A stretch of 64,000 bases of DNA from assembly GCA_000934665.2 (NCBI GenBank), contig JYFJ02000417.1:62001-126000 (forward strand), read 5' to 3'. The position numbers were made by a program, and so were the translations under genes. This DNA is from Catajapyx aquilonaris. Taxonomy: Eukaryota. The notes under the pieces were generated by a model that was given only the letters and a program-made list of their open reading frames with translations, made no database searches and was not told the origin of the DNA. Positions 1 through 13,000 of the stretch are shown here, piece after piece (the stretch's first letter is position 1; every line of letters begins with the position of its first letter).

Positions 1-578
1 CGCCGCGTAATTCGTCGATAAGGACGACGTCAACAGTTTCGCACAACATTCGCTGAAATCTGGCGAAACGTAATCTAGATTTAAAAAAGCAATGTTTTTC
101 GCAACTTCAAGTATTTAAAAAAAACAACTGACATGTGCGATCAGTTGTAGTACACACTGTACGGAGTGCTTAAGAAATCGCAAATTGCTCGTGAATAGTT
201 TAATAGCCCTGTGCTATATTTACGTGCGGTTAACCACCCTGCTGTAATCACACGCATTACAATCGGTCTAAGTACTGCGCAGAGTGCGCGAGGTCAGTGC
301 AGACATTTCATGAACAAAAGAAATGAAAATAAACCACTAGTGAATGGTATTCACATATTGGTGAACTAAATTACAATACAATAACTTGGTTAATGAAAAG
401 TAAGTATTTTTATTCAAACGTTGCCAGAGTGAACAATTCGCTCGCCTGCGCATATATTTTTTTGCGTGTATCTCTCTGCTGGTAATTAGCATAACCGGTT
501 GGAAGGGAGAGAGAGTTTAATTGGAAATGAGTGTGTATAAGTGTACTTCCTGCACACCATTGTGGGACTTATTCTTAC

Positions 579-726
579 CCAGCACAGTGGTGATGTTGAA
601 GCCTTCGAAGAGGAGGTTGGGGACTTTGAAGTCGACCCAGAAGTACTCGTGCATGCCGCCCATGTCCATCATCATCATCGTCATCCCTCCTCCTCTTCCA
701 GTCTTGTTCATCTCCTGCTGGTCCAT
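579..726 (-). CDS. SLC31A: First coding exon of a Ctr/SLC31-family copper transporter (rest of gene lies beyond the left edge of the window)
   Basis: MDQQEMNKTGRGGGMTMMMMDMGGMHEYFWVDFKVPNLLFEGFNITTVLG has a Met-rich copper-binding N-terminus followed by the Ctr M-x-x-x-F...LLF-x-x-W/F-x-I signature. It ends at a G|GTAAGA donor (intron starts at 578). No further exon was recognised in 1-578. Confidence 0.8.
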
Positions 727-954
727 TTGATGAGACGAGTCTTTTGCCAGGAGGAAACCCACCACCACCAGCAGCCTCGACCGAACCCTGCCGTTCGACT
801 GATCCAATCTTGTTGGCTCCGGGGGGAAAATCCAAAAGGGACGAAGGTCGGGCTCTAAGAGAGGATCGACAGATGGCCCCACTGGCGCCGGCGCCTCTCT
901 CTCTCTAGCTATAATGAATGGGGAGGAAAAAAAATTGCACGTGCCATAAAAAGG

Positions 955-1045
955 GGAAAACAACAAAAGTGCATAATACGTCACACTTCCGGTCACGTTT
1001 CGGGTGTGACAACATTGCCATCAAATCACCGCATCACGTGCCCCC
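955..1045. promoter_or_regulatory. Probable Ctr promoter region
   Basis: ETS-like CACTTCCGG (~984), CRE-like ACGTCA and E-box CACGTG (~1036) lie about 250-300 bp upstream of the Ctr ATG. Motif matches only. Confidence 0.35.
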
Positions 1046-1184
1046 AAAGCCTCATTAATAATAAACCCAAATGGTGCATGACTCACGATGACAATTGGGA
1101 GGATAAGTCATACACTTCGCGATTCTTATTGGCAGTCACTTATTTGCATTACATATGGAAAGTTACGAAAATCTATATACAGTT

Positions 1185-1960
1185 AGTCACGGAAAACAGT
1201 TATGGAAATAGTTAAGAGGTTATGAATAAAAACAGATGCTAAAGCTAGTTATGGAAAAGTAGTTATAAAAAAGTTAAAGCTAGTTATGGAAAAGTTAAAG
1301 CTAGTTATGGAAAAATAGTTATGAAGACTGAAGAGTTAATAAAGCTAGTTAATTATGGAAAAGTAGTTATGGAAAGTTAGAGCTAGTTATGGAAAAATGG
1401 TGATGGAAAATAGTTATGAAGACTGAAGAGTTAAAGCTAGTTAATTATGGAAAATAGTTATGAAGACTGAAGAGTTAAAGCTAGTTAATTATGGAAAATA
1501 GTTATGAAGACTGAAGAGTTAATAAAGCTAGTTAATTATGGAAAATAGTTATGAAGACTGAAGAGTTAAAGCTAGTTAATTATGGAAAATAGTTATGAAG
1601 ACTGAAGAGTTAATAAAGCTAGTTAATTATGGAAAATAGTTATGAAGACTGAAGAGTTAATTATGGAAAAGTAGTTATGGAAAGTTAGAGCGAGTTATGG
1701 AAAAATAGTGATGGAAAATAGTTATGAAGACTGAAGAGTTAAAGCTAGTTAATTATGGAAAAGTAGTTATGAAAAGTTAGAGCTATAGTCATAGAAAAAT
1801 AGTTATGAAAAGTTAAAGCTATATAGTCATGGATAAATAGTTATGGAAAGTTAAAGCTATAGTTATGGAAAATAGTTACGAAGAGTTAAAGCTAGTTAAT
1901 TATGGAAAAGTAGTTACGAAAAGTTAAAGCTATAGTTATGGAAAAGTAGTTATGGAAATT
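1185..1960. repeat. AT-rich minisatellite built from (AAAGCT)AGTTATGGAAAA(T) / AGTTATGAAGACTGAAGAGTT units
   Basis: Dozens of degenerate TAGTTATGGAAAA subunits with a ~42-45 bp higher-order period in 1400-1660. Confidence 0.95.
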
Positions 1961-3532
1961 TACAAAAATATTTTCTGATGCCATGCCTTTCTCTGCACTA
2001 ATTTTTTTTTTAAAATAATGCTGATTTCATAAACATATATCCGCAAATATTAGCCTACAGCATCAGCTTATATATTATTTGAAAAAAAATTCTCTCGATA
2101 TCCTCTTAACAAGTTGTACCAATGCAATTATTATTATAATAAGCAGCGCGATGGCTGGGGAACTTATTTAGGCGTGTCCGCTGTATTTATTTGTATGACG
2201 ATTGACCCCATTTTCGACATAGTCTATTTTTTTTACATGATGTATTATTCATTGCGTTTGTTGTGCCAAACACCTGCGGAGGCCAGACCAGGATGGGGGT
2301 TGATAAATAGAAATATTCTGCAACACCTGTCCCCCTATAGCTCTTTCTTTCATAAACAAATTACATAAAACTTGATCGCGAATTTCATCGTGATAGAAAT
2401 GTACGTTTTCCACTTACATATATTGTTGGTCCAATATGTTCAGATGTGTCGATACCAATTATTTAAAGTACGCGTCGTCATGACGTCGAAAAAAAACTGT
2501 TCAAACTGCATATTAAACACTTTCATTTAAAAAAAAGTACGCACTTGTCAGCGTCAATCCCGGTTGCAATATCCATTGAGACATGTTATTCGAAAGTGGA
2601 AATAAATGGATATTATTCCTACTCGTCGGTTACAAGGTGTTACATTTACTTTGCCAATCGTGTGCGCAATCAATGTACTTGATCAGAGGATTGCAATGAA
2701 GATAATAACCCGCTGGAGAATAATGGCCGAAATTTTGATACTTGAGGGATTGCATTTATATAGAGAGCCAGATATTCGCAATATTCATATTGTATAACAG
2801 CTTTCGTCTCTGAATAGTCCATAATATTACGTATATCACATTCTATAGCAAGGACGTGTTGCCTCCCCCGATCCCATCATGCCTCGCATTACCAAAGGGG
2901 CAGTGTTACGTCGCTCAGCATCTTATTACTGCTCTACACTTCCCATGTATCGTTTGATTGTTGCGAAAATTAATAAAAACGATAAATGGCATTTAAACTA
3001 TTGTTGAAACTGTTTACTCCCCCCGCCCATTGTTGCGGTCCGTGATTTCGTCCATGGAAACGTACAACATGAATACATCAGGTGTACAAATAAATCGAGC
3101 TGTTCCAAACAGCAACCTTATTGACTTATCTTTTTTTTTTTCACCCCCCGGAATAATCTACACGTCACCGGGTGCCGCAGACATTGAACAGCCCGGTTTA
3201 TATTAAATATATCATTCAAAACATGATTTATCGTGCCAGAATGATTGGCACACTTATAGCAATAAACTAACGGTAATATTGTGTGTGTGCAAAGTATGCG
3301 ACGAAAGTTGAGTGACGCCTTCTCTAAAACAATGCAACACCCTCACCTTGCACCTACCTTCTTGCACGGAACACGCACCAGCAACAATCAAAGCAGCAGA
3401 AACAACAATAAACAAATCGGATACCAACTGGAACGTTCGAAAGTTCGCGGGCAACTGGCGGCCATCTTTGAAAACTTCAGCTGGTAACCCTGGCGTACTT
3501 TTTTTTTGAATCTGGCAACACTGGTTTCCAAG

Positions 3533-4005
3533 ATGGCGTCGTACCGATGCCGGTTGTGGACAGAGTTCGAACGGTTTTTGCCACGGGCAGGACCCGGGGC
3601 GGACCCCTGGGCGAGGGCGGACTCGGGGCCGGATAGTGCGGGAGATGATGAGTCAGTGACGGGTATCAGTTCGGATGTCAAAGGTCAGGGGGGCGACCCA
3701 GGGACAGCCCATTTTCAGTGACAGTTACTGAATATTCCAACAGTAAAAATGTCAGCGGATGATCTAGTGTCTAGTGATGTCCTGGAGGAGATAAACCTGC
3801 TGAAACGGGAGGTAAGGTCACAACGAGGTCACCTAAAAAATGACCTCAGGTCAATCTGTGGTTGTGACTTAACACAATGTATTTTTCCAGCTCCGTAAGG
3901 CCGAGAGGAAGATTCGTCGGTCCAGCAGAACTGACCTTTTGGAACTGGACCTATCTGAATCGCTGAGCAGAAACAGTGCGACCCAGGTCATCCACCGGGC
4001 TGCAG
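3533..4005 (+). CDS. CEP350: Three 5' coding exons (MASYRCRLWTEFERFLP...EEINLLKRELRKAERKIRR...), inferred N-terminus of the CEP350-like gene
   Basis: ATG in CAAGATGGCG context. Short introns at 3684-3743 and 3812-3890 have canonical ends. The open frame contains a coiled-coil segment and ends on a phase-1 donor CAG|GTAAAA; the downstream CEP350 exons begin in phase 1. Confidence 0.6.
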
Positions 4006-7000
4006 GTAAAAGGGTCAACGCGAAAGAAAAACAAACAATTTTTTAAAAATCTCCTGGGGATGGGAACACTGTACAGAGGAGTTCATTTTTTTATTATTTT
4101 CATGCCACTCTGGGGCGGGATGGGCGGGAGCTGTACAGGCTTGTTTACAAAAAAAAAAATCATTCGCGGGGGTCGTAGCCTGCTCAATACAAAAAAAAAT
4201 TGGACCTGACATCGCAGGTAATTGGGTCGTTAACTGGCCGCAATTTGACGAGGGATAAGATAAGGAGAAAATGGCGTAAAATTTGGCAAGCGGTTAACAA
4301 AAAGATTTCCCTTTTCTGGTGGCCCTGTTTTTCGTTCTCTTCAAAAAGTGAAAAGTAATAAATAGGACAATTTTTCTGTACGACGAGAATTCAAATTGAT
4401 TGGTAGGAATTTGGACAGGTGGGGACAAAAGGTCGGGGAGGGCCAATATTTTACTGTGTCTTTTCCTTGATCTTGAGTAAGTGACGGGGCTTGATCATCA
4501 TGACTGACCTCTTCAGAGTGTAATCCCAGCCACGCCAGCGGAACCAAACAATGCCTGCAACATGGGATTTGTTAGCATGTGGCTCTATTGTTCAATCACC
4601 GAGATCGTACCTTGTCTAGCGGTGAGGTCCTGAGGATCGGTGAGGTAGAGCCCGTTGAGTCCTCGTCCGCATGACTTCCACCACCAGCCGCCCTTGAGCA
4701 TGGAAGCGCAGTTGAGCGAGGATCGGTCGTTGTCCCGGTCGAACGTCGAGAAGGGGCTCATGTGTGAGCCATACCAAGGGTCGCTCAGGGAGTCTCCGGC
4801 TGTCCCGTTGTAGCCTCCAACCTCAAGCCGGTAGTTGTCAGACTCCGGTCCAAGTCGGAAGTGCGTATACAAAGCAGACCTGCATAGAAACAGCAATTGT
4901 TAAGTCTCCATCGTTAACTCAAATGGGACATGCAGACCTTTTGTTGCCTTCAAAGTCCTCAAGCTCCACTCGAAGCGCGTACTCTTCCTGGTTCGTCAGC
5001 ATATGCAGGTTCTCATTACCCAACCACAGCTCACGTCTAGGGTCACCAAACCCTTGCTTGTAGTCATTCCAGTCGCGATTGAAGTTCTCATGAGGATCGC
5101 CAAATTCGTCTCGTCGTTGGACCACCTGCCATACACACACGTTGCATCATTTCCAGGATTAATTAATAACTAATGAACTTACAATCCATCCGCCGCCTGC
5201 TTCTTCCTGCTGGCAGTAGACCTGCAGGAACCAGTACGCTGTCCCTCGGAGTTGCAGGTAATATACGCCGGACTTGGTCATGCCTTGCTGCAACAGGTCG
5301 TGGCATGAGTAGCCCTTAACATGCGCGGCATGGAGACCTGAGAGGTCACCCGACGCAATCAAGACGGAGAATGACGTGTTGCCCTGCAGCACCGGCTTGT
5401 TCTTGACCGACGGGAAGACCACGCTTGGTCCACGTGTGGAGGCTGCGGACTTGCTTGGAGGCCTGGGAGACGTCGTTCCTGTGCCTGAAGGACTGCCGGT
5501 GGAGTTGTTGACAACGTTGCTGGTGGAGTTGTCTGGCGGCGGCAGAGATGGAACTGGAGGCGGCTCAGTGTTTAGATGCAACGGTGGAGGAGGAAACGAG
5601 CGGAAAAAGTCCTCGGGAAGCCCGCCTTGTCTGAGCGCCTCAAATTCCAATGACCGGTCAATGGTTGGGTCGAGAAGAAGCTGCGCCGGGATGGCTCTAG
5701 CACCCAGCACCTGCAGATCCCCGCCACCTCCATCGCTTGCCTGTCGGTAAAGGTAGCAATTGTTAATAACATTGATGATTTATCGTTTGCATATAATGAC
5801 CTGTCGATAGGTGAGCCGCTGCTCGAGGTCACCCAGGTTATTGAGGATAGCCTCAGCTTTGGACTTGAGGTCTGCGTGGACATCCGAGATGGCTCGTTCC
5901 TGCCGCCTGGTCTGGCTCAGAAGCGCATCTGACTTTGGCACAAGGTGGTCCACCGAGCTCTTGGTTCCAACGACAACGTCCCAGACCTCGTCCATCTTGG
6001 CACTGACGCTGACTACCGGCGCAAGCTGCCCCAGCACAATGTCCAGCTTACTCATGGACCCATTGATGTACGGAGCAGGCGTGGTTGTGGTGGTCGATGA
6101 GTGTTGCTCGACGTCGTTGGGACTAAGCAACGCCAGCTTCAGGTCGGCCAGCATATCAGCCAGTTTGCCTAGAGCCGCCTCTGCCCTAGCCGCATGCTCA
6201 ACCAAGGCGGTGGCCACTACTCCTTCATCGCCCCGCTCTTTCTCCTGCCGTTGAAGCGAAGCCAGACGACCATCCAGAAGCTGTCGGATAATATCAATGA
6301 GCAATGTACCGGTATGTAACATAACAACGTACCTGTAGCTGATGGTCAAGTGCGGCCATTCGCCTGTCCAGCCTCTGTCCGGCCCTCTGCTCTGCCTGCC
6401 TCAGCTGCGATAGGACATCATCCGCTCTGGCCAGACTCTGCTCCAGCCTTGCATCCACGGACTCGATCCTCCTCATCAGATGCTCCACGGCCCTATCCAG
6501 GTTCTCAACCCGCCTCAGCTTAGCCTCAAGCGTGGCCACGATTGCTTCAAACACAGACACCAGCTGCGGGGAAACACCTCGTGGCGGAGAGGGCGCACCG
6601 GCAGACGGGGACGATGCAACAGGAGGAGAGGTGAGGCCTTCAGACGCAGCAGACGCTTCCTTGCTGCCAGTCCCAACATCATTGCCCAGGTTGGAGTTGG
6701 CCGAGTTCAGAACCGAAGTGCTGTTGGAGAAAACAATACGCTCAACAACTTGGATACCACTATGCAAATTGGTTCAGGGGAGGTCAAAAGGTGATAACGA
6801 GCTAGTCACGTTCACACCTGGATTTATTTACCTACCCCCATTTTCTCTAGCTATGCGCACAATGAAAGTTCGACAACCTATCCCAATCACCTCAAAATGA
6901 CAATGCAATTAGTGTCATAATAGTTAATCACTTGGAAAAGCGTTTCAGGCCAAAAAGGTCATAAGTGACAAATTATCCTGGTAATTTCGTTATGTTAAAT

Positions 7001-10000
7001 GTGTAATTGGCCAAACACTTTTCCTGGCAACCAGAAAGTTGTAGCAATGTCGCTCTAATGCAATTTGCAGATTTCAGGAACCCGCCATTAACCTCCGACC
7101 AGGCTCTAAATGCCAACTGGGTTTTGAGAGTTATGGAGCTCGAGTTAAGTGCATTTTGCCAGCCTAAAATGTCCTTCGAGTGAGCAGCCAGAAAATGAGC
7201 AAAACGTCACTCAGGAGAAGAAAAAAAACCCCCCAGAAGGAGTGGACATCCTTGGACTGTAAACGCGGATGTGTACCTTGCTGTGTGTGCGAGATGTTTG
7301 GACATATCTCCTGAAGGAGGCTGCCAAACTGGACCCTTGAGAGGGTTTAGAGTGGTCCATTCAATGGACGTCGAATGAGGACGAGATCGTGTGAAGGACC
7401 TTCCAACAGCTGATGTGCAATTCGTTTTTAAAATTAAATCACGATTTCAATTCACAGCTCAAAAATTTGGCAACGCTGCCCGGCCCGCTTGGACAACCAG
7501 TTGGCGCATAGGCTCCTCCCACTCCACCACATGCACCTAGGTCGTGCAGGGACAGAGTCAACGCCTAGCCAATTCTATATGTGATAATAACGCCAAAGTA
7601 AAAGAAAATGTTTACCTGTGGCGACATTCACATTTTTGCTAATGGGACACCTGCGGGTTGGACACTTTCGAAAAGCGGGTCGTAAAAAGCCCTGCCTTCA
7701 TTAGTACCTAATTAATGAGTAATTTGGAAGTACTAGTAGTAGCTCTTGAGGCATTGCTACTTCAGAAAAAGTGTTTACGACTAGGTGAACAGCCGCATTT
7801 TGAGCAAAGGGAACTGTATGTGGCAAAACGCTTTTATGAATAGCCAGTAAGCAGAAATTAATTGGACATTCCCACAGTATGTTCATTGCTGATATGCACA
7901 CACAAACGTTGGTATAATTAATCCTATGAGCCTAACCAATTGTTCTGGATTTACCTATGGTTTATACAACCGGTCCTTAGTTGGCAGATAAAATTACTCT
8001 TGTCTGTTACAGTTTTTTTTTCTCCCCCCTGGCCATGATAGACCTTGACGTCATTAGTGGCTTAATATCTCTTCGTGTCTCTTACCCATCAGAGGAGTTG
8101 AGAAGAAGGTGTGTGACAGTCCTTGATTGGGCAAGCTCGTTAGGAGGGGGGGCTTATTTAATTGCGAGATGCCAGAAGACGAAGAAGATCTGAAGGGAAG
8201 GGAGTCTGGCCTGGATCTGGTAAATGGTGGCGCGCCTTTCTTGAAGAGATGATGCCTGCTCATCCCTCCTCTCTCAGGACCACCTGACCTCCATCAACAG
8301 CGTGAAAGCTTGGCAATAATTCGAGTGGGGGACACCTTGCAGTATGACCATGCCGTCTAAGGATCATCTTTTTCCTAATTATTTGTCTGATGTTTGTCCA
8401 ACCTGATAGTGTCGCCATCGACATGAAGGTGGCAGGAGTGTGCAGACAGGGTGCGCCATCTATACGTGAAGGATAGAACTGCGTGGTAAATCTGCGGGAC
8501 ATCTCACCAAATTGCTTCGGACTTCTCGCCCCTGCCGTTTAGCCCCCGGCGTATTCGCCCCCGTGACATATTCGTCGTTGCCAGGCTACACACAAGGCCA
8601 GGCCAGGGAGCATATACGACATAAGAGGCGCTAACTTCTGTCGGCGCCTTTGATGTTCGCGTCTCTCTGTTTGGGGCCGTTGCCAAGGCTGGCGGCCATT
8701 TTGAAGTGTGGGCAACGCCAACGAGGTATAAATAGGGTACATGCTAAAATAGGGTCCGCCATCTTTGATGGTTTTGGCGGCCATGGCAACTACACGGCAA
8801 GAACACGCGCGAATCAAAGATGGCGGACCCTATTTTTGCCTGTACCCAATTTATACCTCGTTGGCGTTGCCCACACTTCAAGATGGCCGCCAGTCTTGGC
8901 AACGGCCCACACAGAGAGACGCGGAAATCGAATGTTTGCGCCTCTTATGCAGTATATGCTCCCTGGCCAGGCCTAGAAATGCTCAGCCGAATGATTCAAA
9001 GTGGAATGTGCCACGGGGGCGAATACGCCGGGGGCGAAAAGTCCGGATGCTGATTGTAAGTTTTGACAAAACTTTGGCAACGAATTCACTAGTTCATAGT
9101 ACACAATCGAGGGAACCAGACCTGGACCAGAAAAGTGTGAACAATACGTCACATTTCATGTCAACAAGGAAGAATGAGCAACATTTTGACTCGATTACGA
9201 AGATCATGTTGTGTGAACCTAACCTAACCACCTTAAGTTATGAGTCCAATGTTGGAGCCGATTACGTCGAGATTTATTGCTTCGTGTAACCTGCTGCGTA
9301 TCGGCAGAATCGCACAACAAATTTTTTGGGGATTATTTACCGTCAAGTGTGTGTAACTTTCTCTAGTGGCGGCAGCGGTTTCGCAACCACAGAAAACTGG
9401 AAATACTGTAATAAGTCTTTTGCTTGGTGATGCTGGAGGAGGTTAGTGGAGGGGAGGGGGTTAGGGATTTGAATAATCGACTGATAGCTCCTGACAAGAC
9501 TGACAACAACGAGTTTTTAAATGCTGAGCGGTGGAAGGTTTTCGTGCACTTGTCATGATACGATCATCAACGCGTCTCTAATGCAATTTCATTAGGCCCA
9601 CAAAAAAAACACTTTTCTGATACGGATTTCCCAACTATTTCAAAAAAATCGGCGAAACATATTTATCTTCCGGGTTTTTGCCTCCAGAGCGAGTGTAACC
9701 GTGGTGTACCTGCACTTTGCGAGACCATGTCACATTCGGACAGGTTACAAGGCTTTCCAATAAACCTGCAGTAGTCACGTACCGTCTTAAATTTTTTTTT
9801 GGCTTTGGCTGGAAGCCTAAGACTGGTTCCTGTACAGGGTGAGCCAGCTTGAATCTCATGTGAAGTACCAGTCTATTGCTCCATTTATGGTCAAAAAAAA
9901 CTATAGTTGGACTGATGTAGACATCTGATAGTACAAAGTCGATTTGTGTAATGATATTGGACATGTTCAGTGGACGAAGGCTGTCGCTTTTAATAAAGGA

Positions 10001-13000
10001 AATGTATGGATAAGGAAAACTGTTTCCCATCTGATTGTCTTAATTGTATTGTTATATACCCTTGAATGATGTGCGTCCAGGGTCAGTTACTCAACCAGTG
10101 CGAATATGGCTTATGGCAATTTAAAAAACAAAACAAAAAAACAAAGAGGATTTCGTGCATGTTGCCCAAACGAGTTAATTGCATGGTGTCAGCCGATTAA
10201 ATCCCGCGAGTGTGCGCTTCGTATAAACATCCGTAACCCTACCGAGGTCAGCGATAAACCAGCCTGGAGCAATGGACCAGACGAAAATCCACGCCCTTTC
10301 ATAGAAAGCAATGGGGGATCTCGCTCGAATTGCAGCATATGAGATAGCCATCAATCGTGGGCAAGGTCAACCAAAACACACTCTTTCTCCTCCCCATGAA
10401 AAACAGTTTCCTCAACATAAGTCCCAGGGACATTTGCAGCTCACTTTGCTCCAATTGCTGTGGTAATGGTTATTGGGATTTAGTGTCGAAGGTGCGGGAA
10501 AAGAGACTGCACTAAACCCATATCAAATGGAGGACGTTGGAGGAAACTTATCTTATGCAAACACTGGCCTCGCAGGCCAGGAGATAAACTATAAGCGAAA
10601 CCTGTCTGCAGCGGACATGTTTCCGCAATATACAGTGTCATTTGGACTATGTTCAGTACGCCAAAATATTTGCGGAAGGAAGCGTTTCAATAGTAAAAGA
10701 GAATTATATGAATTACATTGAAGTGTCAGTTTGCTTCTGTAATTACGATTAGCTGCTAATATTAGGTGAATTAGACTCACATTTTTCTTTAAATGAAACA
10801 AAAAGGCACCTCTTGAAGGGTGTGGCCAGGTTACAAGTTAACTAGTGAATATCTAATTTTTTACCTTGTTCTATCTATAGGAAAGAAAAGTTCCCAGTCG
10901 CTGACCTTGAGGTGCCAGTGATTAAAAATGGGTCACGTGAATGATTAATTATTTTTTTCTCCGATTGAAGGACTGATTTTGTTCGATCTATAATGTTAGC
11001 ATTTTACATTTTTCAATGCCTCTGAAAAATCACAGTTTTGAAGTAAGCTGACCATAAAAAGCGCAGTTTTGCCAGAAATATGTTTAATATGGATACGATA
11101 AAATGTCCGGCCGAAGGTTTATCGGTAGTATAATGTCTTCAGCAATTAATAAGCAATATTAATGGGCCTAATGAGAAACATCACTAGTAAAATGTTACTG
11201 GTTGCACAGGAATAATGAACAGTTCTCAGACAGTAGAAAAGTCGCTGTTTCATTGGATGAATTGTAATTGAATAATTAATTGATTTGAAGAGTAACAAAT
11301 TGATGCTGAATCAGATCTGTTTAGTGTACGATACATATTTTTTGAAAGGTTGCTGTTAGTGTTACTACCAGACCCAAGGTTTCATAGGCTGTAACGTATC
11401 GGGGCCAATTAATAGTATCCACTAATATCTTGGCATAAAAGCATTACAGTGCATATTAATAGCCTGTATTGGAATTAGGCCAGGATTGGAAATACCTGTA
11501 CTATACACACAGTCTGAATGTAATAAACGTGCGACCGGCCCCAGCCCGCTTTTAATAATTTGCATTTATATTGCCCTTCCTCTAATTGCACACGAGATAC
11601 TTAGAGCCGATATGTTGGCTGCGAAACAAACATCCGGGTGCAATAATACCAATTAAGTATTAGTACTACAAACGGGGGAGGGAGGTAAATAATAATATAC
11701 GACGCTTGATGGGAACTTGCCTGGAGCCCTCGGGCTGGTTGTGCAGTCATTGCGAAATGTACCGACAAAGTGTGTGACAGGATGCCAAATCGTGTTTGGA
11801 GGCGACGAAAAATAAATGGCAGGAAATTTGCTCAAGTCGAAATAGTTCAAGACTGAGATGCCAGGATTTTTTATATCGAATATTGGTGGTCTAAATATCG
11901 ATTATCGTTCGATTTAACGAAGTATTGCTAACCGTCCGTTTTATCGATATATTATTTATTGTCCAATTTATCGAAGTAGGCCATATCGGCAATTCGATTT
12001 ATTGAACCATCACTTATCGTTCGATTTATCGGTATATGTTATTGTCCGATATAGCGATATATTGTTTATTGTCCGATTTATCGAAGTATCGCTTATTTGA
12101 TTTATCAAAATCTCGTATCGTTCGATTATCGATATTGTTTATTGTCCGATTTATCGAAGTATCGCTTATTTGATTTATCGAAGCATAACTTATCGTTCGA
12201 TTTTTCGATATATTGTTACGGTTCAATTTATCGAAATATTGCATATTTGATTTATCGTAATATCGATTGGCGTTCGATATATCGTAATATGGATTATCGT
12301 TCGATATATCGCAATATGGATTATAGGTATATATTGAAGTATCGATTATTGTTAGATATATCGTAATATGGATTATCGTTCGATATATCGCAATATGGAT
12401 TATAGGTATATATTGAAGTATCGATTATTGTTAGATATATCGTAATATCGATTATCGTTAGCTAAATCCAGGTATCGATTATCGTTAGATATATTGAAGT
12501 ATCGATTATCGTTAGATATATTGAGGTGTCGATTATCGTTCGATATATCGAAGTATCGCCAGTCGCAATCGAGAATGCGATACATCGACATTCAACATCT
12601 TTCCCATATCTTCTGAGAGGAATTTCTCGTCCCTTTTGGATGGACGGACGGAGTGCAAAGCGATAATAATTGACGATATGGCACCGTTTTCTTCTCACTT
12701 GAACATCGCGCCATTGGAAAGCTTCATCACGGATTTGATAGCCTGTCCCTGATGACTAATGATGTTGACAGTCGTACAATGAAACGCGTTGCGTTTGGTT
12801 GCGCAAAAGGTCGCTTTCTATTCCCCATAATCTCTCATTGAACTTCCCCCCCCCCCCNCCCCCCTGGCAGCCAGCTGCAGCTCTGACCTACCGCATCCTT
12901 GGCCATCGGGAATCCAGCATCAATGCCTTCCTGATTGAGCTGAGGTCGGAGTGAGAAATTGGCTGACGGTCGACAAGGGCAACGTGTGTTGCCTCCGATG

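Noticed and set aside
8504..9289. Similar ORFs (MADPIFACT..., DGGPYF...) at 8.5, 22.5 and 33 kb
   Set aside because: They are chance translations of the non-coding palindromic MITE A.
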